A stretch of 59,253 nt of DNA, filler included, from Circinaria calcarea (Eukaryota): the NCBI GenBank assembly GCA_051942165.1. It is 9 parts of 9 records of this genome, joined end to end, with 100 filler letters (N's around TTAATTAATTAA, not from the genome) between each part and the next. Parts side by side here need not be neighbours in the genome. Positions count along the whole stretch, not along the records: positions 1 to 6,522 come from JAVECS010001565.1; positions 6,623 to 13,128 come from JAVECS010001566.1; 7 more parts are not named here. The stretch is one strand, 5' to 3'. The translations under genes were made by a program, and so were the position numbers. This document shows positions 1 to 11,481 of the stretch, in pieces. The notes under the pieces were generated by a model. It saw only the letters and a list, made by a program, of their open reading frames with translations, did no database searches and was not told the DNA's origin. Position 1 is the stretch's first letter; each line of letters begins with the position of its first letter.

Positions 1-1236
1 CCCTTTCCCTCTTCCCCCTACCCACTACAGCCGTCGACGCGATCCGCCTACCATCTCCCCTAAGCCCCTCGCTGGGCTTCTTCAGCTCGTGGAAGCCCTG
101 GTTACTGGCTTCACACTCCGAGCCCTTGGGAGTGAGGGAGAGGAAAGAACGGAGGGAAGTTCGGAGCTCTGCGAGGGTCCTATGGATGTGCAGAAAGGGT
201 GCCATTGCGGGGAGGCAGACGGAAAGAACTTCAATTGCCGGCTCAACGGCTGTCCAGCTGCTGATGGATGTGTACGCTGCGGAAAGAGAGTTAGTAGACG
301 ACGACGCGGAGGGAGACGGGGACGAACAGGTAATGTCTTCAAGGTTTGCGGTAACGACTACGATGAGGCGGATGATGGCGATTATTACGGACCTAAGGGT
401 CGGTCAGCACCTTATGTTTGGCATGAGACGAAAGATGAATCCTTACAACCCACCAAGCAAGAAGATACCTGCAACGGAGATCTTCTTCGCCAAGGATATC
501 TGCAGTCGCCATACCGCAGAGACAGGAAGAGCGAGGATAATGATATCGAGCGCCAAGTTCGTAGTATGGACCCCAAGAATATATTTTAGAGGATCGACGC
601 ATTCTCCAGGAATTAGAATCAACCAGGCCTTTTCTATCGGCCTACATTGGAAGGCAGACAGGAAGTTGTTGACGATGAGCCACATAATTACCATGGCTCC
701 AACGATATTAGTCCGTAGCCGGAATTGTGGTGTTGCGAATACCCGCCGATAGAAGAGGAGGATCGACATCTTGATTAGGGTCACTGCGACACCATAGATC
801 TGATATCCAGCGTAGTTTACCTGCGAAAATGTAAGGGAAATCTCCAATCGATACGCAAGGAAAAGGACTAACTTTCCAGTAATTCACGAGCTCAACAGGC
901 GTAAGAGTATCCAGATGTCTACCGTTGCCATATTTGTTTGCTGAAGACGAAGCTGTCAGCATATATAAATCCCGAAATGGTATTCCCATACATACAGAAT
1001 AAGAACAGAACAGCGTTGCCGATTGCAAAGATCTATAGAGCATTAGGATTCAGATGTTTGCGATTATGAAGAGCCTAGGGACTTACCGCTCCTACGATTA
1101 TAACATAATCATCTGCACCCAGATACAGCTTTTGAACCTTCCGTGCTAAGAGCCTCAACACCACAGCAATAACGGTGATTGGAATGGCAAATCCCACAGC
1201 AATTGCAGTGAGATATGAGTTGTTTTCAGTATCCAT
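1..1236 (-). CDS. PTH11/SAT4-like (fungal rhodopsin-domain) integral membrane protein, multi-exon, 3' end truncated by the contig edge
   Basis: ATG at 1236. Spliced product is MDTENNSYLTAIAVGFAIPITVIAVVLRLLARK..LGADDY..LIKMSILLFYRRVF..FQCRPIEKAW..DIIILALPVSAVWRLQISLAKKISVAGIFLLGGL..IIRL..WTAVEPAIEVLSVCLP, which are hallmark motifs of the family. Five GT-AG introns; the frame stays open to position 1. Confidence 0.88.
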
Positions 1237-2210
1237 CTTGCAGGTGGTTAGGTTGCAAAAATCTGATAATAACGTATTGAAGAATAACCTACCGGTAACG
1301 CCGGGGGATTCGCTGACATTTTACCAGATGGAGCCGTTGGCCGAGAGATTTCGGTTTACAGAACACCAGTCCGGGGGTGAGGATAAGACGATACACCTCT
1401 TTTTTGTTTGACAAATACGATCAAACCTTTTACACTCCAGCTAGCTGCAATTGGGACCGAACAGGAGGAAAGTATAGAGTAGGTCATGAGTTGATCAAAG
1501 GTACTTGGGAGGCCGGCAACCGCTCACGTGTGTGTTAATAGCTGAAAGCCAGTTGTTATAATCAGGGTCGGGGACCTGGGCCGGAGGTGAAACTGAAATT
1601 TGGAAAGTGTGGTTCTGACAATTATCTGCATGCGCATGCATAGTGCATTATTGTGCCGTCGGAAGCAAAGGATTTTGTCCTATATCGCGCATTCGGGCGG
1701 ATAGTGGCTTATGATGATCGCAATCTCGTTTTGACTCATCCATCAGCCTCCGATTTGCATTTACCGGTATGGGAGGCGAGGTCCGCATCCTACGCTGCGG
1801 GTAGTATCGGGTGATCTGTGCTAGCCGATAGGTAGCTGCACGGTGGTGGCGTTTCTGGTGGTACATTTGGGTTTAGAGATTTCACACCGTGCTTACATGC
1901 TTACCACCGAATCTCGGGAAAGGCGGCGTGGTTGTCCCCAAGAAATACCGGTGCCAAGCTGTGCCGGCTCCCGTTGGCTCGTGCCGTACCGAAGCCAGTC
2001 CCGCATTGCAGGCTCTTCCAATTGGGTGCTTGTGTAGAGTCGGACAACAACGGTCGGAAACGAAACCACTTCTTGAAACTCAGGTGACATGCCTTTCCTT
2101 TGGTTTTCACTCTTTCTGGATGCTTTGACAGTCTCTAGAACTATCACGTCTTTGCGTTGTCTTCTCCCGGCGGCTTCTAGAGACGCAAGCTTGCTTCAGC
2201 TAACCAAGCT

Positions 2211-3308
2211 ATGGCAAACAAAGAAGGATATATGCTGCAAAGGGACAGCCAAGAGTCCAAACGACTGAATGCACAGCATGACTACATGGTCGCCCTGTCG
2301 CAGGGTCATCTTACACATCCATCGATCCCTCTCCAGGGTTTGAAGACTGTCGCAGACGTAGCTATAGGAACTGGAATCTGGCTTAAGCAACTGGCAGCGA
2401 GTCCAGCGTTTGCGAGGCAACCCGATGGCGAGAGAACAACATTTGTGGGCTTCGACATCTCTCCACAGCAGTTCCTGCCTACCGATGAATTGCCATCCAA
2501 CGTGTGTTTCAAAGTCCATGACTTCCTGAAACCGTTTCCAGTGGAATACCATGAGAAATTCGACTTGGTCAACGTTCGTCTGCTGAGCTATGTAATAAGG
2601 GCTGTCGACTTGGAAACTGTTGTACAGCATATCCTACAAATCTTGCGTAAGGAAATGAGCTTCGGCTAATAATTATGGTCAACTGACACTTTCCCTTTGC
2701 AGGCCCCGGCGGGTTCCTACAATGGCAGGAGTGTGATGCTGGTGATAGTTGGACGAAGCCCGAAACATCCATGGCGACAGCTACGATCAACTATGTCATC
2801 TCCGAGAAGGCTGCCAGAGGTCTCTTTCAAGGGTAAATGACCTCTGCTGAGGGGGCGACCTGGCTGACTGCATGTTAGGATTGCTGCCCCGTTAATCAAA
2901 ACAATACAGTCATACTCAGTAGAGATTCCCAACGGGTATCTGAACCCAATTAGCTTCAGTTCTGACTTGATGCGTATCACACAAATACAGACGGTGTCCA
3001 CTGCCAACCACCCCTCAGCCGAAGTTGCAGTGATCAAGAAATTCGGAATCCTTCAGGCTGCAGTCGTCTTGCTTGAGGCAAGTCTCTCTCGTCGAAAAAG
3101 CATCGTAGCAGATCCGCAAACATCAGATTCAGAGAAAGAGAAGGAGGCCAAGGAGATAGACTCAATCACCCAGCTCATCGCGGTGATCAAACGTGGCGAA
3201 GATCACGCACTCAACATCTGGGACATGGAATTGACTTGGATTGTTGCGAGAAAAGCTATCATTTTGGATGTGAAAGATGCTTGGATGTCTGTGAAATATC
3301 CGGCCTAA
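2211..3308 (+). CDS. Class I SAM-dependent methyltransferase (LaeA/Methyltransf_23-like), 3 exons
   Basis: Motifs ESKRLNAQH, VADVAIGTGIW (motif I), GFDIS and FDLVNVRLL; spliced LRPGGFLQWQE. Introns about 2647-2702 and 2833-2878; TAA at 3306-3308. Confidence 0.88.
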
Positions 3309-3324
3309 CTGTCACCAGTAGCTA

Positions 3325-4422
3325 CTAAAGCTTGCCGGCCTTGACCAATTTTCCATCATCAGGTATCTGTGCGCTTTTGGTAATGTGGCAGACTTGGTGA
3401 CTGAGTGCTACCAGCTCCAATTTCTCATCCATAATGATAACTTCGGCATCAAAGCGTCCGTTCTTAATCTCCGTAGTCCGTGCTCTCATAAACAACCACT
3501 TCGCCCCTTGCGGTGGTAGCACTTTTTTGACCTCCATGTGGAGTGACAAGGTGGGGTACCCGAAAGATGTTGAGTAAGCTGTCATCTGAATTCCCTGCGC
3601 AGCTGCCTGTAAAGCGTTCACGGGGAGCACCGCGCTGTTCCATACAGATTTGGGACGGTAATTCTCTGGCATGCGATGCCAATGATCTGCAATGGAGCCT
3701 AGCATTTCGGTGGTGAAACGTTCTTCCGGGGAGGCGAATGTCATCCACACGTCGGTGATGGTTTTTTGTGGTGGTGCTTGGACAGGCAAGAAGCATTGGA
3801 AGTGGGTGATTGGTTTGAGAAAGCTTGCGGGATGCCAGGGAATACGAAAGCCTACCCAATTAGGATCCGTGCCATCTCCAAGCTCAACGATGTTGACTGG
3901 GGCCGGCTCCGGAGAAAGGGCATGGGGTGTCGGATACGAAATTCCCTTTTCCGAGTCTAGATTCATATTCCTGCAATGGTTTTCAGTTCACCTACTCAGC
4001 TCATGCGGGTGATCAGACACTTACGACGCATACCCGACAATCCTTTCCTTATCGTTCTGAATCAGGCTGAAGTGGACCGTCGATATGTTGGCGCCTAACT
4101 TGACCTCCTTGATCTCCACGACAGCTTTGCCCACGGATGCAGGGCGTAAGAAGACTGTTTCAATGTCGAATGTGTGAGGCTGATTGTAACTCTGGAGCGT
4201 AGAGCTGAAATGCTGCTTTAAGGCAGAGATTATGACCGACACTAAGAGCCCGCCGTGCGCAGCTGAGCCGATCGTCAACAAGGGGTTCCTGCTGATTATG
4301 GAATGCTTACTATTCAGGTAGCAGTGGTCAAGAGGTAGATTCGCAAGGTATTTATGCGAGTCTAGGGGAATGGTGGTCATCGCCTCCTTCAAAGTTATGA
4401 TTTTGGAGTCTGACGGATCCAT
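3325..4422 (-). CDS. Double hot-dog acyl-CoA thioesterase-like protein (thioesterase-like superfamily), 3 exons
   Basis: ATG at 4422 (MDPSDSK). Motifs AHGG, FLRPASVG, YPTLSLHMEVKKVLP, WLFMR, NGRFDAEV and LVALSHQV. Two GT-AG introns. Confidence 0.88.
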
Positions 4423-5027
4423 GGCGAGTGAGATGTCACCCGGAGATTGGTTTGTTGTCGTAGGTTCAAACAAACGGAATCGACTTGAAAGGTATTCCGA
4501 GTTGGTTCCCGAAAGGTGGTGACTTGTTCGAAGCCAGAGTCACACTCGAGGAGCTTATCAGCCTGCGGCAACGGAGTGGAGTGGAGTGGAGTCGTATACA
4601 TCAGCGGATGCAGCCTCCGAAGGAAGGCATGCCGTATCTATTGTACTTTGGGTGATAAGTGGGGCTTTCTGAAGAGTGGCCCCACCAGGTCTCAGAGAAG
4701 GGGGTGTCATCTGCAGAGATTGCGCCACATGCAGGTAATAACGGTGCCTTGCGGCTCGGGTCGACCCGTGGCTTAAACTCACGGCTTCCAATTGGTAGGG
4801 AGGTATATTATAGCATATCACAAGTTGTTCAGATCAGCGCTAGGGCCACCCCCGGCTTGTCGAGGATCGATCTGATGCAACGGTAGGATGCTGCGTGCAT
4901 GCATGCCTCGGTAAAAATAAGGCGGTATACCGAGACAAAATTTATTAGCTCACTGCGGCCTTAGGGCTCGTATCAGGGTCCTCGATTCAGATATATACGT
5001 ATAGAATAGTAACTTCAATTTCTCAGC

Positions 5028-6522
5028 ATGGAATTTATTGACGCCCAAACATCATCCAAAGTGATAATACTAAGTAAGGTAATGGACTTTGAATGGACCT
5101 ATGCAATTTGTCTTGTGCTGCCTCTACTGGTAAGTATTCCATCTATCCGGCCTATCGGAAATCACTGCTGATCAACAAGCCAGGTATTTGCAGGTATTGT
5201 CAAAGCAGTATATAACTTGTTCTGGCACCCACTAGCCCACTTCCCAGGACCTCGACTGTTTGCAGTCAGTCGATTTCCATATGCATATTGTCATGTCAGC
5301 GGCAAATTGGCGGTGACGTTCCATGAGCTCCACCAGAAATATGGTTCTATTATAAGGGTAGCTCCCAACGAACTCTCGTTCACGGAACCCGAAGCGCTAA
5401 AAACGATATATGCTGAGCGACGGAAATCATGTCCAGTGTTTCGCAAGAACTATGACACTTTCAATGAAACACGAAACCAAATAGCACATTCTGTGTTTAT
5501 TGCAGGAGATAACGACCATTCGCGAATGAGGAAAATAATCAATCACGCTTTCTCCGAGCGAGCTCTTCGAGATCAGGAACCCCGAATTCAGACACATGTT
5601 GAGACCCTCATTACAACTCTCGACTTGGAGCGGAGCAAGACCAACGGTATAGTCGATTTAAATAAGTGGTACAATTATGCCGCATTCGATATTATCGCTG
5701 ATGCTGCATTTGGCGAACCGTTCAATACACTCCAAGAGTCAACCTATCGGCCATGGTTATCTCTGATGGGAAAGACCTGGAAGGCAATAACATTCGCAAG
5801 CGCTATAAAAAGCATTGTACCCCCATTATATTTCTTCCGTCGCTTAATACCCACAGGGCCTTATTTACAGAAAGAAGTCGACAAGTTTAATCTGATTCTT
5901 GATAGGGTGAGGAAGAGGATGGCCTTAGGAACAACCCGCATTTCACTTCTTTCCTTGGTTGTAAACCATAATAATGAGAAGGAAAAAATGACTGAGCAAG
6001 AGATTATTTCCAATACAACTCTATTTGTCGCTGCTGGTACCGAAACGGTCGCAACATTACTTTCATCGTTAACTTATCTGCTCACCCGAAATGATCGAGT
6101 TATGCAAACCCTAACCAAGGAGATTCGGAACAGTTTTATGAATGAATATCAAATAACGGTGCAAACTGTTAGCCAGTTGCCATACCTGACAGCTTGTATC
6201 AGAGAGGCGCTGCGGGTTTTCCCACCTATACCTGAAGGATTACCACGTGTTGTTCCGTCCGAAGGCGAGAAAATCTCTGGCCATTTTATTCCTGGTGGCG
6301 TGAGTATTTTCTTTCATTCCACTTTCCACAAGCTCCCATTGACGGCGTATTAGACATTCGTACAAGTCAGCAACTTTGCGGCGAGTTTGTCTCCAGAGAA
6401 CTTCATAGATCCCAAGTCTTTCCTACCTGAACGCTGGCTGGGCATCGACCCACGGTTTTCGGAGGATAAGAAGGAAGCATCTCAACCATTCTCTGTCGGT
6501 CCACGGAATTGCGTCGGACAAA
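5028..6522 (+). CDS. Cytochrome P450 monooxygenase (CYP65/Tri11-like secondary-metabolism type), 3' truncated
   Basis: HPLAHFPGP, I-helix AAGTET, EALR, PERW and heme motif PFSVGPRNCVG at the contig edge. Introns about 5130-5182 and 6300-6353. The subfamily call is from recall only. Confidence 0.93.
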
Positions 6523-6622
6523 NNNNNNNNNNNNNNNNNNNNNNNNNNNNNNNNNNNNNNNNNNNNTTAATTAATTAANNNNNNNNNNNNNNNNNNNNNN
6601 NNNNNNNNNNNNNNNNNNNNNN
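6523..6622. other. Artificial contig spacer
   Basis: N44-TTAATTAATTAA-N44 (stops in all six frames). Confidence 0.99.
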
Positions 6623-9117
6623 ATCTCCTGGTTTCCCTCCAACCGTGGAACTGGTGGCAGCGGCCCGATCGGCCATTTGGATCTCCGCAGTCCATACCCG
6701 TAGCCAATGTCGCTTGAGGCGGGACCACGTACCTAGGCCGTCAAACTGATCCTCCTCATCTACACTTCCAGCTCGAATCGTTTTCTCCGGGATACTCCAC
6801 TGGAGTATAAACCACCATTTCCAACGTGCCAACCTGCCTCCCGGCCTCACCTCTTGACGAGGGCCAGATCGAGACCACAAAAGTGGATACCTGGTAGCCA
6901 ACTCATGGAATAGGTGTTCATAAATGCCGCGTGAGTACGGTGTCTGTCTCGCTTGTTCGAGAGCATGCTTTAGTGCGTACCACGAGACAAGCACAACCAA
7001 CATCAAAGGTACAGTCGATATAAAATACCACTTGATACTCGGATTTTGGGTAAAAGTATCCACGTTCATTCCCTGCAAGTTGTCAGTCATAGATCTTGCA
7101 ATAAGACAAGTTCAAAACCAACAAAAAAGCTACAGGCGGCCACGATTGGTAAGAACACAAATGTAATCCAGCTAAGACGCCACATGCTCATGCTTAACTG
7201 CAGTGAATGTCGCGAGTCCCGGATTCCAACGGATTTATACATCAGATCGGCAAGGTTGGCAGTTGGTTTGACGAGATCCTCTTGGATGCGATTACTGAGT
7301 CTGTCGAAATCGCCTGGGGCAGCCTCCAACCATACATCACTGTCCGTCGGATCGTCAGCCACCTCTCGTAGGTTAGCCTGGCACTCCCGGATGACGTCGA
7401 CATGGGTAAACATTAACCGCTCTAGTTTCAACCACCAGCTTGAATTGGTCCATAACTCAGGGGCGCGAGACTCGTCAGCAGGCTCTTCATAGATCTTATC
7501 CTCCAAGATGCTAATATGGGTATCAGCTATGTCCAAGAAGCCTTCCCAGCTCTCGGCGGTACACTTCCAGATGTCAGCCAGCACCATCTTCATACATTGT
7601 AACGCCATCTGATCATCATTTGAAACGTCGTGACTGCCCTCGTACACAAGATAGAAAGGCAAGCGCCGCCATCGAGCTTCCCACTGTTTGCGAGCAGCGA
7701 TCATGGTATCTTCAATCGATCCAGTGTGCGAGTTGTCGAATATGAGGATGGCATTCCCGTTGTCGAGGGTGTCAAGATGAGGTACATACTCATGACGGTT
7801 ATGCTCGGTCTTTCGATCTTCTTTGTAGGGATTCTCAATATCTGGATCGTCCTCATTGGGGGGTTCGGTGAAGTTCTCCTTGTGCTGCACGTAAACGCTC
7901 TAGTAACCGAGTAAGCAATACTTGAAATAGTTCAATGTATGCGAGACTGACAATCCTTTGCACATACGCATCCCACCCATAAGTCGGATTGTCGTCGGAG
8001 TCATAGTGATTTAATTCCAACATCTTGCAATGATTGTCTAGTTTCCGCTGGGCATCGGGGTCCCGTGCACGATAGGGCTTCACGTAGTCGATGCCAAAAG
8101 CGGTCTTGGATATAGCTCGCCAAGGATCGTGCTGAGTTTTCCAGGTCTTGCCACTTAGGAAAGGCTTCCCTCCTCGTCTTTCGGGGCGTTTATATTTGAG
8201 GTAACGGCCGAAGTCGCTACCGACCAAATCATCACGAGCGTTGATGTTGAACTTGCGAAGCAAGTATAGGGTCGCCCATTGTGCATTCTGCACGTGGAAG
8301 ACCCGTAGCACGGCTTCGGTACCTCTGGTGGGCTGGTTCGGCTTAGAAGATGTCGAAGAATCGAGTGAGCCAAAGTAACACACGAACTCACGTTGGAGTA
8401 AAACCTCCTTAGACCTTCTATGTCAGAAATTTCCTGAGCAGCAACCTTTCGTGTACCAGTCTTTGATAGGGCTTAACGTTCCAAAGTGTCAGCTCAAAAT
8501 TCCTCCAAGTTTTGGGTATAGAATTCCTACTTTGCTTGACATAATCTATAACGAGCACCCTTCCACTCTTTAAATTCGTTGGATTATACTCTCCGTGCCA
8601 TTTCAAACCCGGACTTCTGGGTCGCGCGTGCCATGCTATATCACCATGTTAAAAATATCTCAGGTAGGCGTAGAGACGCTCGCTACATACACCGCTGTTT
8701 GGGAGGATAATGCGAATGGCCGTGATATGGATCTTGGAGTGCACTGGTCTTGAAAGGTCCACTGCCTTCGGCACACATTAGTTGTAACCTTCTTAGAGCT
8801 GTAACAAGGACGTATTCTTACTCTGTTGCATACCCTCATGTGAAGCCGCTGGTCCCGCCGGCTGGATATTTCCCTCACTCATGATGATACTAATGCCGTT
8901 TCAATATGTTGCTACGTGGCAGTGTCCTACCAGGAGGACGACAGCATGCTGTAGCCACAGGAATATGATCATCGTGTGCCATCGCCAGAGCCGCATTAGA
9001 ATTATGTCGCTGACTCATGGATCCTTCATTCCGGTAGGCGGCTGAGTTGGGAGCCTGGTGTGCCTCGTGGGCCTTGCGCATGAAACCATACCGTTGTACT
9101 CCGTACGCCAGCCCCAT
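6623..9117 (-). CDS. CorA-like Mg2+ transporter C-terminal domain protein, multi-exon, 3' truncated, start uncertain
   Basis: Spliced C-terminus SMWRLSWITFVFLPIVAACSFF|GMNVD..WYFISTVPLMLVVL gives two TM helices with the GMN signature. Exons correspond to ORFs 6575-7090, 7087-7890, 7853-8383 and 8418-8606. The 5' exons and the ATG at 9117 are tentative. Confidence 0.75.
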
Positions 9118-9470
9118 CGATACGATCCTTCGAGATGGCAATGGTATGATTCTCGTCGAAGATGTTTCTCGATGTATGGCTCTGCTGATGATTTGAAGCT
9201 AATGCGTGAAGGAGGGCCGGTAGCTTGAGTTTACTGACCGAGGGACGGTAGTAATCACTGTCTGTCCAACTCCGACTGCGGGATCAACCCACGCTACCCC
9301 ACCACCAGTCTTTGTAAGATTCCCCCACCATCAATGTCTCGGCCTGTCAGCTCAATTGTCAGCATATAGCAGCAATATTCCACCATCAGCAGAAACGAGT
9401 CAGACTTATTCTATTCGAATCTCTGCACATCCTATATCCATCTTGCTATTATTGCACTGCTAGTAGCAGC

Positions 9471-10509
9471 ATGTCTTCCCCTGAAGGTCGGGCGACGAAG
9501 AGAGCAAGTAAGTGCCCCGAAACCGCTGCATGGAACAACTAAAGTTCTTCTACACTAAGCCACAATCTGCTTTCTATTATCCACAACTCCCAAGTTCTCA
9601 ACGGCTTCAAGTTTTGATTTCAACAATCAAGCTACTTCCTCTCCGCTTCGCTATTGGGTTGGAGATCTACATGTCTAATATACTTGCCTTTTCTGGTGCG
9701 ATAGGGACGCAATCATGCCCTCCACCTCAGCTTCCCCAGCTTGTCGCAGAACAACATGCCCCAATACCATCGACAGACAAGGACACTCAGCGATTGATAG
9801 TCGTTCTATCAAATGCAAGTCTCGAGACCTACAAGGCGTCCCACGGCGGTAGGGGCGGCACAATGAAGGATGAAAAGTTCTCTCTTCTCAACAGCGACGA
9901 GCATATTGGCGTGATGCGGAAGATGAATCGTGATATCAGTGATGCCCGTCCAGATATAACCCATCAGGTTTGCAACTACAATCTAGCTTGTCGGTATTTT
10001 CGATGATTGCTGCCGTGCTAATCAGAAAGTAGTGTCTCTTGACATTGCTCGATTCGCCGGTGAACAAGGCCGGAAAACTTCAGATCTATATTCACACAGC
10101 CAAGGGTGTTCTCATTGAAGTTAGCCCTACAGTTCGGATACCACGTACCTTTAAACGCTTTGCCGGCCTTATGGTGCAACTACTACATCGCCTTTCCATT
10201 CGCTCCACAAACTCGCAAGAGAAGCTGCTCAAGGTCATCAAAAACCCCGTCACCGATTATCTTCCACACAACTGCCGCAAGGTCACTCTGAGCTTTGATG
10301 CTGAGGTCGTACGGGTGAGGGACTATATTGAAGATTTAGGACCAAAGGAAAGCATATGCGTCTTCGTTGGCGCGATGGCGAAAGGTAAGGACGACTTCGC
10401 GGACGCTTTCAAGGACGACTCGATTAGTATCAGTAACTACAGCTTGAGCGCCAGCGTCGCTTGCAGTAAATTCTGCCACGCAGCCGAGGATGTCTGGAAC
10501 ATCATCTGA
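9471..10509 (+). CDS. EMG1: 18S rRNA pseudouridine N1-methyltransferase Nep1/Emg1, 3 exons
   Basis: [80 protein letters not shown] at 9471; introns about 9508-9704 and 9968-10032. Confidence 0.96.
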
Positions 10510-11481
10510 ACAGTACACAAAGAGATGCAGACACGGGAAATGGAGACCAAAGAACGTTAGGAAGCAGAAGGGATATGGAGAGTGTGTGATAGCTGCGATC
10601 CTAACATCTACGCTTCCTCATACATGCCTCCAGGGTTTGCGTTGAGAATCTGTGGATCCGGCTTTGTTTTTGCAACAAGAACACGAAAGGTTCAACAGAC
10701 TCAAGGCGGCTTTCGTCCTGTGTGGAGCACTTCAACTTGCTCCACAGCTTCATTCCTCTTTCGTCTCTGTCTTTCTGTGTCAAGGTGAGGTGGGTCTTTG
10801 CTGCTAATCTACGCCAGTGGGAGTTTCAGTCTTGGCGCTCCAGCCAATCAAAAGTTGTTGATGTCTACGGGAGTCACTCGCCAAAGCGATTTGCGAAAGT
10901 ATATGGGTTGCCCACTAGCAGACAGGATCAGGTTTTGTCAAGTTGAAGTGTGAAGCTCGGTGGAAATCGCGAATCATAGCTCATGGATATGCATGCGTCC
11001 TCCGAGTGGACCAACCATATAATTACCAATGCTGCCGCCCTACAAATGATCGTGAAGCGAGACCTATACTAAAATATTGTACTAGGTACCTTGAGTTTGC
11101 TGTTCTTTGGTCCGGCCTGCCCGGTTTGTTTGTTTGTCTGACGTTCGGTATCATTCCGTGGTGTGAATGATAGGCGCCCAACCACTCTAGCTGCAGGCGA
11201 ACCGACGTGGCAGCCCATTGTGAATGCTCAATGGTCACATCTGACCTCTTAGACTTCCGCCGTGAATTAAATCGCCACTTCATTTCAGGTACCAATACTG
11301 CCACGATTATCGCCCCGAGATTTAGCAGCGTGGGGGAAAATCATTGTAGATCTCCATGGACACATGGCCTCCAAGTACTTCTCCTACTGATTGCTGTTAC
11401 ATCCACCACAAATCTTTCCTGCTTTACTGCACAGAACGTTCCACATCAGCCAAACCCTACTCTTCCATCAATTCACTCACA

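Noticed and set aside
89..752. Plus-strand ORFs of 166 and 208 aa
   Set aside because: They are antisense shadows of the PTH11-like gene. The same applies to most short ORFs opposite SMC2, GT90, NUP85 and alpha-actinin.
9186..9237. C/D box-like pair TGATGA...CTGA in the CorA/EMG1 intergenic region
   Set aside because: Too short at about 50 nt, with no terminal stem and no recognisable rRNA guide.
9508..9704. Unusually long EMG1 intron 1 as a possible snoRNA host
   Set aside because: No C/D boxes or convincing H/ACA hairpins are visible.
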